Part shown: piece by piece, positions 22,875 through 35,744 of the stretch
Position numbering within the stretch: position 1 is the first letter of the stretch
How the letters are laid out: every line of letters begins with the position of its first letter
Source of the DNA: Hyphochytrium catenoides
Taxonomy: Eukaryota; Protista; Hyphochytriomycota
Assembly (NCBI GenBank): GCA_900088475.1
Contig: FLMG01000369.1
Coordinates: forward strand, 31,020-95,019
Length of the DNA stretch: 64,000 nt
Reading direction: 5' to 3'
Notes under the pieces: model-generated
Told to the model about the DNA's origin: nothing
The model's input: the letters and a program-made list of their open reading frames with translations, nothing else
Databases searched by the model: none
Program-made: the position numbers and the translations under genes

Positions 22875-24689
22875 CTATTCTTCTCCACTCTCCTGCTTGC
22901 GTAGCAGTCTTCTCGTCGTCGTTCCCCCTGCAGGACTTATGATATCTGGATTTTGCTTGATAAACTCTGAGATGTCGATGGCGCCAAGGTCGGCTCCTGC
23001 ATCATCCACTCCGCTGCTATCGCCAGCTAGAGGATCACCACCGAAGTTCAAGCCGACCACAGACAAAGCGACAACTGTGAGTCCCGCTAGCAGCAACCCC
23101 GTAACTCCTGCGCCAATCAAGCCCGCCCGTAATGGCGTCAGCCACAGTCTCTTCAGCCTGTTTGCCTGTTTTTCCAGCAGACTGAGCACTGCTAGATTGC
23201 CTCGAGCATAGGTGATGGCATCAGTGGCGTCTTGAAATCCTTGGTAAGTCTTTTGTAAATTCTCTAGAGCGGGGTTATCCGTAATCTTTCCGTCCAGTTG
23301 CTGTTTCTCCTGGTTGAGCTTAGACTCATAGTCGACCTTCAGCCTTTGCTGTATGGCTTCCTCAGTCTTGGCAGATAAGGCCTTTTTAATCATGCGTTTG
23401 AGTGTAATGTCCACGCCACGTGCGGATGATAGTCGCTTCTGCGCCTTACGCATCTCCTTGCGTACATTTGCTGTCCACTCTTTTGGATTGACATCTCCCT
23501 CTGCACCGCGGCTGGTCATCGCCGTCAAGTCTTTCACAGCCTGCCTGTAACCCTCCAGTGCAGAATAGTCCCTCCCCACGCGATCATCTTTGTTAGCTTG
23601 TTCCTTGGTTAGTCCATTTAAGAAGTCCTTAAAGCTGTTCACGTTGTGTTGGTCCGCCTGAGGAAGATGATTTAACGTACTGGGATCCTTGGCTTTGCTG
23701 CGTTCCACATGCCCCACGAGTGCAGCCACCATCGGATCATCTAGTTCCCACTGAGCTTGTTTCAGACGGGCATCCACAGAACTCAGCTTTCTGTCGTAAC
23801 CTCTGATCGTGGTAAGAAGCTTCATGAATTGGTCGTAGACATCCTTGCCAATCTCTTTGCGCAACTTTTGCACCTCTGAAAGAAACCGCACTTGTTCTTT
23901 ACGGGCAATCGTAATAACGTCCTCATCTGCCTTCTTCGCTCCCTTAAGGGCTTTCTCGGCTCTGGTCTTTGCATTCGCCTCTTTCCCTGGAATGGCTGCC
24001 CCAGCAGCTAACTCTTCCTTCAAGCTTACAGAGAGTCCGTCTGTGAGCGGATGGCTGTTCGCACTTTGCAGTGGTACATCGTTCGGAACATCGGCTGCTG
24101 AAATCTCCCCGCCCTCATCGGATCGAGCTAGAGAAGAAGAGATGGTAGCTTCCTCAGCTACTTGTGGAGCCACAGGAGAAGCGGAAGTTTCACCAGAGGA
24201 TGGTGGGGACTCTTTGGTTTGAGTTGTTGACTTCTTCTTGAGAAATGTTCCGAAGCTGTGAAGCACCTGAGACAACCTGAGGCTGCCAGCGTCCATAACT
24301 CGGGACACCAAAGAACCCTTTGACCTTGCAGTTCTCCATTGTTCCTCAAGGTATGCGTTATGAGCTAATTTTGCCCTAGTCATCTCGTCTTTGGCCAGCT
24401 GTACTGCGTCGGCTAAGCTGTGAGGTTTATCATGCGCCTTGTGCCAGAATTTTAGCTTCGGGGTCCACTTCCGTAGCCCCAACCATTTCCTTCCACCCGC
24501 CTCAGCTTGATGGTTTCGACCCAGGTGGCTGTTGGCTGGATCAGCTGCCGATTTACCTCCTTTTTTACTAAAAAATCCTGCCCTTGCCCCTGGAAGAAGA
24601 GGGATAGTACATAGAAGGAACAAGAGACAACAGGCTAAAACCGGAAGAGAGAGCCAGGGATGACGCTTCCTGAAGACAGGAAGAGCCAT
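22875..24689 (-). CDS. Orphan signal peptide + coiled coil + C-terminal TM protein F (604 aa)
   Basis: Signal peptide ending PGARA. Long K/E/A/Q helical region. Gly-rich TM GLIGAGVTGLLLAGLTVVALSVVGL. Tail DISEFIKQNPDII..RRLLR. Confidence 0.85.
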   Translation of the reverse strand: MALPVFRKRHPWLSLPVLACCLLFLLCTIPLLPGARAGFFSKKGGKSAADPANSHLGRNHQAEAGGRKWLGLRKWTPKLKFWHKAHDKPHSLADAVQLAKDEMTRAKLAHNAYLEEQWRTARSKGSLVSRVMDAGSLRLSQVLHSFGTFLKKKSTTQTKESPPSSGETSASPVAPQVAEEATISSSLARSDEGGEISAADVPNDVPLQSANSHPLTDGLSVSLKEELAAGAAIPGKEANAKTRAEKALKGAKKADEDVITIARKEQVRFLSEVQKLRKEIGKDVYDQFMKLLTTIRGYDRKLSSVDARLKQAQWELDDPMVAALVGHVERSKAKDPSTLNHLPQADQHNVNSFKDFLNGLTKEQANKDDRVGRDYSALEGYRQAVKDLTAMTSRGAEGDVNPKEWTANVRKEMRKAQKRLSSARGVDITLKRMIKKALSAKTEEAIQQRLKVDYESKLNQEKQQLDGKITDNPALENLQKTYQGFQDATDAITYARGNLAVLSLLEKQANRLKRLWLTPLRAGLIGAGVTGLLLAGLTVVALSVVGLNFGGDPLAGDSSGVDDAGADLGAIDISEFIKQNPDIISPAGGTTTRRLLRKQESGEE

Positions 24690-27581
24690 CCTCGTTCCCA
24701 GGTAAGGAAATAAGCGCGACGAATGGAGGCAAAGATCAAAGAGCGTTAGGTCTGGTCCTCTGCGAGAGCTCGCCGGGGATTCGAAGGCCTTTAGGTCCTG
24801 TGAGAGTTATGATGCAATGGGTAAAATGAGATCTCTTGAACGCCTACACTTTCCCTTTGCTTCGAGGAGGAGAACTGTCGGCGTTTCCGTCTGAGGAAGG
24901 GATGCAATGGGTTCATTCGCCACTTGGCTCTTATTGCTTGCTCGCTGTTTGTCTTCCATCTTTCTTATTCTCTATCTCTAGTTGAGAATATCGGCGACAT
25001 GCAGAGGTATCCTGGAGCACAGACCACGATAGGAGAAAGAAGATGGCGTAGACAGAGATAAGGGAAAGAGTATACGAAGCAGAGTCCTGCGGCATTCAAC
25101 ACTCCTGTCCGCATCCAAAAATGTATGACTTCCTTCCTTAGAACTCTTCCCTTGTCTCTACCCGCTTTTGTTCTGTCCTTATATCCTGCGATCTATGCAC
25201 CGAACCTATTCTCTCTCTGTCGAACCCGCCTGCTACTGCAGGATCAGACAACACTAGGATCAAGAAGCAGGTTGTCCGGGAAAGACTGCCGAAACGATAG
25301 GGGTAGACAGGAACTAAAGGATACAGAGCTAGAACATTCAATGAGAGTAAGAGCACGGTCAAAGAACCTTCCTCGTGTCCGCCCCGGCCGACGGCAGAGG
25401 CAGACCCAGACATCACACGTGACGCATCTCTAATAATAATTAACAGTGACTTATCATCACCTTGGGATTGTTACTGATGACCAAGCAGTTAGGTGCCCTT
25501 GATATACGGGTCCGGAGGGCTCCTACTCCCAGTACTCCCACTCTTGTTTGTACTCTTGATCCTTCTAATTCTCCATAGTCCAGGCAAGCTCACGTAACAC
25601 ACTCTCGGCTGCCTACTTCTTCTTTCCTACCCTACTGCCGAAGATAGGAGGTCGGACAACTCCATCGCTTTCTTGTTATTTTTCTTTACGCGCTGTCTCC
25701 TGAGCTCCTCCTGCTTTCTATTCGGTGCATAGCTCTTCACTCTATCACTGAACAAGTCTTCTCGTATGAAATATGCTTGGTATAACCTTTGAGCAGTAAT
25801 GGGAAGCTCCATGTTCTTATCTCAGCGTTTCTAATCGATAGATCCCTTTTCTACATTCCGGCTCTTGTCTCTGTCTCCTTGGTCTGGAGAAATATATGTT
25901 CTACGTAAACCCTCATTACTTTTTTTCATTATTGAACATTAGCTCCTTGGTTTCTACTACCGTTTCATCATCTACTGGCAGTCTTTATAGCTCATAATAA
26001 GAGGGTAGTTCCTCGGCATCCGTCGGCATTGACCAGCTAACTGAGAAGAACGGAAGAAGGGAAAAGAAAATAAGCATTCATTTATTATCTGATAGGAAGG
26101 AAGACAAACAGGTGAGCATGGCTTCTTATGCCGTAGAACAACAGCTTAGAACTTCTATTTGAGTACGTAGAAGAGCGAACAATACACCGTCATCACCCAC
26201 TCCTATCGATAAATAGGCGGAAGGAAAGAAAGAAGGCCAACAAAATACTCAGATGCCACCCGAAGTCCAGTTAAATTGAAAAGAGAAGAACCGGCTGCAT
26301 TCAGAAGCAGTGGTTCCTCCTACCTATGGTCACGCCAGCGCCAGCGGCTGAGACTAGTCTTCCGTATCTCTGGTCTTTCTTCTTTCCGTATTATAATAAA
26401 GGCATAACCTTCCTCGTCTTCATCTTCGTACTCTTTGTCAGGCTGTCTATAAAACTCCTAACAAACATGCAAGGAAGTGTAATATTCTTCTAAGGCTCAA
26501 ACTCAAAGGAAATCACACTGATAACGCAAGCCGCAGATCAATAAGCCGAATTAGCAGCTACGAGCTGCTCTTCCGCACTTCTGATATGATACCAGCCGCG
26601 GCAGCACCGCTCGATTGGAAGCAGTCAAAGGACGCCTACCCGCCGCCCTTGAACTAACAGCAACAGACAAGCCACCACGAGGCGCGATGGAATGCGTCGT
26701 TATACTGTCGTTATCACCCGCGCGAACCAAACCCGTTTAATGGGAACCGAAGTCAGGAACCGGGATTGACCAGCGAGGTGAGAGGTCATGGACTTCTTTT
26801 TGCCTAAAGGAAAGAGACTCAAAGAGGTAGAGAAATATCACGAGTGCATTAGAGATGGATAAGACAAAGAGATAAAGCTGCTATAGAAAGACAGAGAGAG
26901 CGATTGAGAAGAGACAGAGAGGCAGGCGAGAAAAAGAAGGAAAGGGACAGGCAAGGAGAAGCGACACCGACGAAAATTAGAGCGAACGGCAGCTTGAGCA
27001 GTAGAACAAAGGTTAGTTACGAAGTGACTGCATCTTCTAATGTACGACGAGAGCAACGACGAGGCACTCTGGATAGCATCTTGCCTACAGACGTAGGCAT
27101 AGAAGCCATAGAGGCGATAGGCAGTAGATAGGCTCAGTAGATGAACATCCCCATAATAAAGCTGATCCGTCCGGAGCATCAGTTCTTGTCTACCAGCTGC
27201 CTCAACATGTGGAGTTTACCGCTGTAATTTGCTGGCTGAGACGCTCTTCGAGCACGACTGAATGAACAGCTTCAACGAAGCTCAGGCAGGAAGGGCTAGG
27301 GAACATATCTTTCATTATTATTTCTCTACGTGACGAGCGAGGCAACAGCTATTTTCTTAAATATCACCTTAGCATCTCATCTGCACTCTGCTGCTAAACT
27401 TCTAGATCTGCTTGATACGTGTTGACTCCCGTGTCAATTGATGCTTGCTGACTAGTAAACACGATCCACCTGCCTTCCATTCGTCCGTCGGCCAAAGGTC
27501 ATCCGCTGCCGATTAGCGTGTGTCACTGGGAAGGAGTCCTTGTCGTGAGGCAGAAGAAGAAAATACACCGCCGCTTCAGAC

Positions 27582-28769
27582 TTATCGGAGTCGTCTTCTA
27601 CTTTTCAAACCTCCGCTGGTAGGGGCCGTTAATAAGTCTGGGTTCGCCCGGAGTAACTCGGTAATGTCAATGACGCCTCCTTTATTCCCATCGGCACCCT
27701 CTTGCTGCTCACCCGTGGCATCAGGGGAGGGAAGCGTTGCACCGCTATAATTGGGTCCAAGCACCATGCCCACGGACATGATGGCAAGCAAAGTTCCAAT
27801 GGTCAGGCCTCCAACCAAGGTATACTTTAGTTTTGGCCACCACGGTCTTGTCAAACTGACCATCCGCTTCACTTCTAACTTGGCATTTGCCACTGCATCT
27901 GACGCTTTCTTGATACGCTCCCTAGCGGCAGCCACCTCGTTCATTAGTTCGCGCATGTCTTTATATTGTTCACCGTNNNNNNNNNNNNNNNNNNNNNNNN
28001 NNNNNNNNNNNNNNNNNNNNNNNNNNNNNNCTCGTTGCTTAAGAAGGTCTCGGTACCCCTTCGACAGGGCCGGGTCAATCTTCTTGAACTTCTTGTTGAC
28101 GCTTTCGACTAAGTCTTGGGCAATTTTAAACTGATGGTTTGCTGCTTGGAGCAGAGTCCTCGTGAGACGCCTCGCCTCGCTTCCCTGAGCCCGAACGCTC
28201 TTTTGCGCTTTCTCAATCTTTATGGCTTCAGTCTCCAACTGCTCTGGCATCAATTGTTCTTCCGGCAACCGCGACACTTCAGATGCTGCGTCTGGAGCGG
28301 GACTTCGCTTGTTCTCCCCTTCTAGCCATCGAAGGTATGCGGCGTATATCTTTTTCAACAGCGGTGTCTCCTTGTTTCGTCTCCAAAAGTCTGCAATCTC
28401 CTGGTTCTTGGCTTCCTCAGCGCTTCTGAACTTACTCGCTGCGGTTATTGAGGAACCGAATAATTCTTGCGTCTTTTGTTCCGCTTCGTCGAGGGACTTC
28501 ACAATGTCAACGTCTGAATCCTCAGAGCGACGTTGCTTAATGTTCAACCGGTGGGACACTCGACTGAAAGCTTTCCGAGGGCCATTGACAAAAGTGTCAG
28601 TCAAGAGTTTCTTGGCGCTAAACTTAGGCTTGACAGAGGCGGCCTTGACAGGGGCTGCTGTTGCTTGCGACAGCAACGTGATCCCAATCAAGAAAAGAGC
28701 AAGAACAAGGAGAAAATGCCATCGCCTTCTCGGGCTGGCGTATAGTCTGTCTGCCGCCTTTCGAGCCAT
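27582..28769 (-). CDS. Orphan signal peptide + coiled coil + C-terminal TM protein G; paralogue of F, spans an N-gap
   Basis: Signal peptide ending SQATA. Helical body. TM LVGGLTIGTLLAIMSVGMVLG. Tail DITELLRANPDLL..RRRLR matches F. True length is uncertain because of the gap at 27977-28030. Confidence 0.8.
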   Translation of the reverse strand: MARKAADRLYASPRRRWHFLLVLALFLIGITLLSQATAAPVKAASVKPKFSAKKLLTDTFVNGPRKAFSRVSHRLNIKQRRSEDSDVDIVKSLDEAEQKTQELFGSSITAASKFRSAEEAKNQEIADFWRRNKETPLLKKIYAAYLRWLEGENKRSPAPDAASEVSRLPEEQLMPEQLETEAIKIEKAQKSVRAQGSEARRLTRTLLQAANHQFKIAQDLVESVNKKFKKIDPALSKGYRDLLKQRXXXXXXXXXXXXXXXXXXXGEQYKDMRELMNEVAAARERIKKASDAVANAKLEVKRMVSLTRPWWPKLKYTLVGGLTIGTLLAIMSVGMVLGPNYSGATLPSPDATGEQQEGADGNKGGVIDITELLRANPDLLTAPTSGGLKSRRRLR

Positions 28770-31700
28770 TGCTGTTGGGCGCTCCTGTACTTGGAGTTGG
28801 GAAAGTGAAAGCTCTTCAAGGATGACTGTCGGACCGTGAAGCAGGCAAATGTTGTCCTATCGTCCTCAGCGCTATATTGGGAATGCAAAGGGAAGGAGGT
28901 GATGACTCTGCCGCTCTCTCCGTTTTTCCTTTTTCGCTGCAATCCTCGGTCTTCGAATCCGCTCTGCGCTACCTCTCCCCATTCTCTCGTTCTCGTCCAT
29001 CCCTCGTCGGGCTCTCCCTAACTCTTTCTTCACCCTCTCCCCGTTTTCGTCCTTACATTCACAGCCCTTTCTCCCACTATGTTCCTCCTCTCACTGCCTG
29101 CCTTCTTTCTCTTTCCGAAGAAGGTCTGCTGCGCGTTTACCGGTCCCTACCGCGCTAGTGCTAGAGGAGCTGCTAGGGTGCTGCTACTCTTCCCCACGTG
29201 ATGATAAGGCTTGGAAAGAGAACAGCATCATTTTGTTGGTACACATACTTCTTTATTTCACTCATCATCCTCTAAGCTTGCTCAGCGCTGGCTGGGATAG
29301 AGGAAGCTTGTTCCAACCCCTACATTGGAGGGCGCTGACATTGGTCCCACCTTCTCCAGCAGCATTTATTTTATCCAAGCCTGTTCTTCGCTGTTTCTTC
29401 TCAAGGAGCTCTGCCCACGCCTGTGCGAGGAGAAGGCGAAAAGAGAAAGGAAGGAGAGGAGGGTTCTGGTGAAGATTGAGGTTCTGAAAGTGAACGAAAT
29501 ATCTTGGAACCTTCGGCCGTACCGAATACATAGCTCAGATGAGAGTCCGAGTGTCGTCCCCACAGGTTGAGCGACAAACTCGGAGACAGAACAGGAGTCG
29601 ACCAACAATGTCACCAGACGACTGTCAAGGTTCAAGATTCATACCGCACTATTACCTTTGATACACCATTGCCTATTGATGCACGAGGGAAGAACATAGT
29701 TCTATGTTACACCGTGCTTACTACCTACCGTACTACCTCTGATCTTAGGTTGACCTTTCTAAGAAGCAAGGAGCAATGCACATAACGCCTGTCTTGGAAG
29801 AATTGCTCTTCTCCGAGAGGCGAGCACACATCTGGGCATTATTGCTAGCTGCTAATATTAACTTTGAGGTTATGAGATCTTTGAACTCATTACTGCCTAA
29901 GGAGAGCTGATGAGGGAATAAGAAGTAGGTCTAGGAGATGTTAACTTTCCCTTCCCTCCGCGTTTGTTCTTATCAATCTTCCCTTATCTTTGCCCCTATT
30001 TGATACATCCTTGATCCTTCATGCGTCTTCTTTCTAGAATCTGATGGTAGACTACTCATTTGTTTCGAGAAGAGGATAAAAAAGAATGAGAAAGAAGAAG
30101 AAGAAGAACTGAAGAAAGAAGGAAAGAGGGGATAGAAGCGGAGAAGAAAGAGAAGAAGTGAAGAGGCGAGAGCCACGCTCGAAGGAACCTATAGGTACCG
30201 CGACCTACCACAGACCTCTCTTCGTCGATGTTCTTCTTGCTCCTGGCCTCGGAGTCAACTGTGTCTTTGCCAGTGATGCTTCTCTCATGGACATTAGCAT
30301 CTCGTAGACTCGGGACGCAACCAGCTGGGTACTTATAATCATGATAACGACCCCTTCTACATTAGCAGAATCACACGTTTATTTATAGAGTGACTCGATT
30401 TTGTCCATTGCCCACTTCCAGAACCTCCTCCATGAACAAGAGCGAGGAAATTGTGAGCGCAGCGAGGCTATCGAGAGAGAAAAAGGAAAAACACTTTTTG
30501 ACCATTGCTCGCTAATGGCGCTCAGTCCTTGGCAGTGCCATGAACTTCTGTTGTGGCGTCCGCTGACGAAGCATTGTCCTAGTCGAAGGCAATGACCCGC
30601 ACCCGAAGAGCGCTTCAGTTGTCACGTTGAGTTTGTAAGCTCTCCGACAGACAGGAGTATAGGCCGTGTTCTATAAAAGTTGCCTGCCAGAGTTCAAAGG
30701 TTCAATGGAAAGTAGAGTTAAGTTAAGGTTCGATGAATGAACAAATCTCCGTGGAACACGACCTTCGTGGAGTAGAGTCTTAGAGTGTGATGAGACTTCA
30801 AGAAAGGAACAACGCCTTGGAGCGCAAGTAAGGAGTAAAGACGAAGCATGTAATGTGAGAGTGGACAGACTGTTATCGGAGGATGCAATGATGCGGGTCG
30901 ACATGGAAGTCACTAGGCTGTGGGTGGATATAGAGATCATAGCAAGCGCGAATCCGCATGCAGCACTGGTAGCGAGGAAGCACCGGCTGTGATTATATAT
31001 CAGATGACCTTTTACGCTATACTCGCCCTGCTGAACCACCATCCAGAACTTTCAGATGTCAACGCGGTGGTAGCGTTGATCCCCGACGGCGGCCGCTTTT
31101 CTTGGTCCATCCACTTAGCAGCTAGAATAGATGGTATACTGCAGCTCCTATTGGCCTCGTAAAAGATTTGAAGACATCGCGCAAAGGGACTACCCGTGTC
31201 AGTGGGCTGGGCAAATAGTACATTGACATCAAGATCTTCTGGGAGAAGTTGATGAAATAAACATTACGTAGGCGGACAGAAGCTGCCAAGCGACAGCTTT
31301 GGGTTGACTCCTTGAGTCCCTTCCAGGTTTAGTTAGAGGTGTGGCTTTTGGCTCTCGAGAGGAGTGTCTTAGTGGTGTGATCGCATCATCAGTTATTCTT
31401 GAGTCGTCCTTGTCGTTGACGATCTGAACGCAGCGCGATGAGTGGCAGATGCCCCCATAAAGAAGAACAGTCTCTGAGATCTTCCAAGGAGGTCACCATC
31501 ATAAGTAGTGGGCCCTTCGCTCAGAGCTGTAACAGGAGATCCTTTCAGCGGCAATAATGAGCACAGGTCTGTGCATCTGAATGCAAAAGCCGAGACGACA
31601 TGACACCATCTGCAGCTACTGATAAAGCTAGTGGAAGGACCCACGTCATCACGTCATACAGCTCCAATGAAGCGAATAGAATAGACATATGTATAGGACA

Positions 31701-33826
31701 CGTCTTCTACATCTCCCCCCAATCCCAACGACCTCAAAAGATTAGCACAACTTGTGCTTCCCCCTTATTTTCCCTCAGCCCTCAGTTTGCTTCGGCAAGC
31801 GCCTGCACGCACGCGACAACGACCATCAACGTAGCCTCTCAGCCATCTTGGAGTTCACAAGAAGTACCGTACCCCGGGGACGAACCCTGTGAGAGTTACC
31901 GTTAAAAAATGGTGAACTTTCCGGTGGTGGGAGCCTCTGAATCAACTCTTCTTGTCTCTTCAGTTTTTGGTTCTTATCCTTCGCCTTTTCCTCATCTCTT
32001 CTTCGTTTATTACATCTTCTTTCTCTTTCCATAATCTTATATTAGTAGTCAAGCGCAGAAAGAAGGATGCCAACAGTCTGTCATCTCTGTCTTCAAGGAC
32101 AGGAGAGCCAGGTCTCTCGTCTCTCACCATCAGCAGTAGACGGTACATTCAGAGGAGACGAATCTTAGTATTGAGCAAGACTGATTAAACCATAGATAAA
32201 GTACTAGACAGCCTTGTCGCGCTGTAAACAAAGGGCCTTCCGATACCGTTTTACCATAGAAATATTAGAACTACTTAGTTCTAGACAGAGGTTTCTGTCT
32301 GGTCAGACAAGAATGGTGAATCCTCCTAGGAGAGGGAAAGGGATGAGAAAGGCCACTGAGAGTCCGAGCCCAAACCTTATTGGCCTCTTCTTCTTACCGA
32401 ATCTTGACGGACTTCTCCTCCTCTTCTCCTCTCGTCGGTCTTAGTTCTATATGGTGAGCTGGTGGTCACACGTCAGAGAAGAAGTACACGGTAGCCAACT
32501 CCGAACCCGTTCTCTTCTTAGGCCCTTGAGGTTCTACAGGTCCGTACCTTCCAAGGAGCCAAGTAGATGAAGATGACCAGCCTTTCAATCGCTTCCTTGG
32601 ATTGGGGCATTTGGCCAAGCAGCGATAAAGGATTTTGGATTAAGACAACGTAGTTCTACCACGAAAGAAAGACACCTGGCCGTGTTTCACTAGAAGGACG
32701 GAGGGATGATTCGAGCGGCTTGTCGAAGGTCGTCTAAGATGCAGTCCAGCTCTCTCTTCCTCCATTTCCACGTTGGCTCTTTTCTTCTCTTTCGTTTGCT
32801 TTCTTTCGTCTTATGTTCCCCATCGTCGCTGCTGCTGCCTCTACCTTCTCTTATCATGATGGAAAAACCGTGCTATGAAGTGACATACCTCGTTCTGCTG
32901 CGCTCTTTTCTGTGAAAGAGCCAAGGCACAGGGCATCAACATCTGTCCTACCCCAGCTTCGGAGTTTGACTGCAGCTTTGAGGTAAGGCAAGGCTTTATC
33001 ATTTCTTGTTTGGCATGGACTTGTGGATAATAATCGAGAGAGAGTGTGAGGAGAGGTTAGAAGGTTTGTTCAGATAGAGACAGAGAGCGAAGACAGCTAG
33101 GGCCGAGGCACTAGGTTGCAGCGGCCACACTTATTTCTGATCACATTGATAAAGAACCCTTCTTCTTTTCACCCTTTCTTTTGCCCCCTGTTGGTCAACG
33201 TCTACGGGCTAAGAGCTTACAATTTCTAGCTTCTAGAGTCGCGCTGTGGAACAGCTTCCAGCGCATCCTCCTGCTACAGCAGCTCGCGACTCATTATTCT
33301 GCTGCAGTTCTTATCGCCTCTGTTAATCTTCTCTTTTCCTCATCCCACATTCAATCAACCCTTAGAACTCTCTCGTCTTTGTTGCTTCGCATATATACCG
33401 ATGAGGGCGGCCAATCTCTAGGTACGAGTACGTCTATCCTCCAAGCGACTCGTTAGGCTCTACATAGTAAAGACTTCGAGCTGCGATTTCTCATAAGCGA
33501 AGTGCAAGTGGAGAAGAGCTTTGTCGCGCTCGCCAATGCAGTCCTCAGTTCAGCTTCTTACTGCTTCTCTTTGTCAACGCTAGTTGGCACTCTAGTGTTG
33601 CTCACGTTGTACTCTGTGATCTGCTGGCTAAAGGACCACTGCCCGACTTGCTGTCGAGCATGTCGGATACCTAATGCGGACCTGTGCGTCGAAGTAATCT
33701 CATTTCCCCTCTATCCTTAACGCCTCTTGAGCCGGACGTCGCCTGCAAGAGTAGCACATCAGCAGAAGCCTGTCAGAGAGCACCAGAGGCTGGGACAGCA
33801 TTTGTTCGCGACCACTCGAGCAAACA

Positions 33827-35266
33827 ATGGAGGATACAAAGGGGATGACGAACTCTCCACACGCTCTTTTTCAAAAGGCAGTTAGGTCCCCAAAACAGAG
33901 ACTCAAGGAACTTCTCTTTGTTCTTGTCTTTCATCTTCTCTTCGGCGTTCCAACGCTTGCTGCCTCACACTTTCGAGGTGGAGAAGTCACCTCACATGCA
34001 GGTGCAGGACGTCATGTCCCTCAGCCAATGTACAAACAAGCCTTAGAAGAGTCCTTGTTCCGGGAAAACGAAGGACAAAGAAGGCTGGCAGGCACTCCAG
34101 AGGCCTCTCCTCTTCCTTCCTCAAATGGAACAGTGCCCTCTAATCCTTCCCCGGCGCCCGCACCACTTCCTAAGCCCACTACGCACAACTCGCCAAGCAT
34201 GGTTACACAGCCTCCTCCTCCATCATCTCCAGCTCCAGCCTCACCTACTCCTGCTCCATCCCCAGCACCTGCCCCCACAACGCTCCCACCTCCAAAGACC
34301 CCTGCACCGACTCCTTCTGAGCACGAAAGCGGCACTCCTCCTCCTTCTCCCACTCCACAGCCGACACCACCAAGCCAGCCAACTCCAGCACCAACACCTC
34401 CTCACGATAGTCCGCAGGATGGAACGGAACAAGAAGAAGAAGAAGGGGAACCTCCTATTGATGGCGGAAACAGCACGGAACCCGTGGAAGATGGAGAAGA
34501 CAATCATCTGCCTTTCAACTATACCATGATGGCACAAGTCGCGGTACAAGTTCCAGAAGAAGCAATAGTGGAAGGACAAGAAGCAGCATCAGCTCCATCT
34601 ATGACAGCTCCTCAAACGCTTCTAGGAGCTCCTGATGTCGCAGTGCCCATCCTACAGAGCGCAATTGCTGCTCTAACCGCAGGAGGAGGAGGCCAAGGTG
34701 CAGTACTGGAGGGGACTACCGGCGGAGCAGAGAGACAAACAAGTATGAGCAGTGGCTCGGGAGAAAGATCAGACGCGAGGCCCGCGGCTGGAAGACAGAA
34801 AGGCGGGGGACCTGGAGAGAGAGTGGAAGAAGGTGCTACGATTGACGCGTCTACCTCGACAAGTCTGAACAATATCTCAGAAGAGTTAAGGTCTAACCCG
34901 GCGACCATTGCACCTGAGGACCAGACGCCGTCAGGAGAGAAGAAGATCCTAAATGTCACTGTGGTCCTTGGAGCCATCGCTGGCTTTACTGTCGTCATTG
35001 CCGCGGCGATGTTAACAGTGTACTTTAGGCACTCTGCCTCGCAGAAAGGACAAGCGGGCGACATTGCGGCTTCTCCTGACGAGAGAGGTTCCAGTGACAT
35101 CCTGACGTCTCTAGCACCGCGGTATTCTAACTATGAAGACTTCTCAGATGCGGTGTTAGAAGAGGAAGACTACGATGAAGATGAGGACGAGGAGATGGCA
35201 AAAGAGCCTCATCATCTCGTTATCAGTCAGTCCCACCAGTCCACAAGGGAAAGCCTAGAAGTCTAG
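33827..35266 (+). CDS. Type I membrane protein with Pro/Thr/Ser-rich (mucin/extensin-like) ectodomain, 479 aa
   Basis: N-terminal hydrophobic segment (LLFVLVFHLLFGVPTLAA), RRLA site, PT/PS/PA repeats, several N-x-S/T sequons, TM VTVVLGAIAGFTVVIAAAMLTVYF, acidic cytosolic tail. Confidence 0.85.
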   Translation: MEDTKGMTNSPHALFQKAVRSPKQRLKELLFVLVFHLLFGVPTLAASHFRGGEVTSHAGAGRHVPQPMYKQALEESLFRENEGQRRLAGTPEASPLPSSNGTVPSNPSPAPAPLPKPTTHNSPSMVTQPPPPSSPAPASPTPAPSPAPAPTTLPPPKTPAPTPSEHESGTPPPSPTPQPTPPSQPTPAPTPPHDSPQDGTEQEEEEGEPPIDGGNSTEPVEDGEDNHLPFNYTMMAQVAVQVPEEAIVEGQEAASAPSMTAPQTLLGAPDVAVPILQSAIAALTAGGGGQGAVLEGTTGGAERQTSMSSGSGERSDARPAAGRQKGGGPGERVEEGATIDASTSTSLNNISEELRSNPATIAPEDQTPSGEKKILNVTVVLGAIAGFTVVIAAAMLTVYFRHSASQKGQAGDIAASPDERGSSDILTSLAPRYSNYEDFSDAVLEEEDYDEDEDEEMAKEPHHLVISQSHQSTRESLEV

Positions 35267-35744
35267 CAGCCGCTTCCTTAGCACTCCATTGGCGCTCTAC
35301 GTCTACTGTCCTTACTTCCCTTTCCTCCTGTCATGTCGGGCCTCTTCTCTCCTTCGTCTCCTCCCCTGGCCGTCACCTTATGCGGGCGGCCTCAGGGTTT
35401 GAGTCTCATTCTTTCAGTGTCTCCTTGGCCTTCTCTGCTTTGTTGTCGTCGTCTTCCTTAGCTGTGCCCGTGGTATGCCTCAGTCTTCCAGAAAAGAAAG
35501 AGGAAGCCATCCATAATGTACATCATCCCACACTTGCTTCTTCCCTGTTCTCAGTGTATCAGCGCCGCTCCATCGTGCCTTCTGACCGTCGGATCCTTCT
35601 CTCCCCGTCTGTTTCTGTCTGCCTGTCTTCCCTCGGTTTTCTTCTCTCCTCTCGTCTCTCTTTCACTCTCAGCTTGCTCTCCCTATTATTCTCCTTGCTC
35701 CATTTCTCCCATTGCTCCTCTCTGTCCCTCTTGTCATGGTGCTC

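Noticed and set aside
30600-31650. Several 80-120-aa ORFs with coding-like composition
   Set aside because: Stops in all frames and no recognisable homology; at most an unidentifiable relic.
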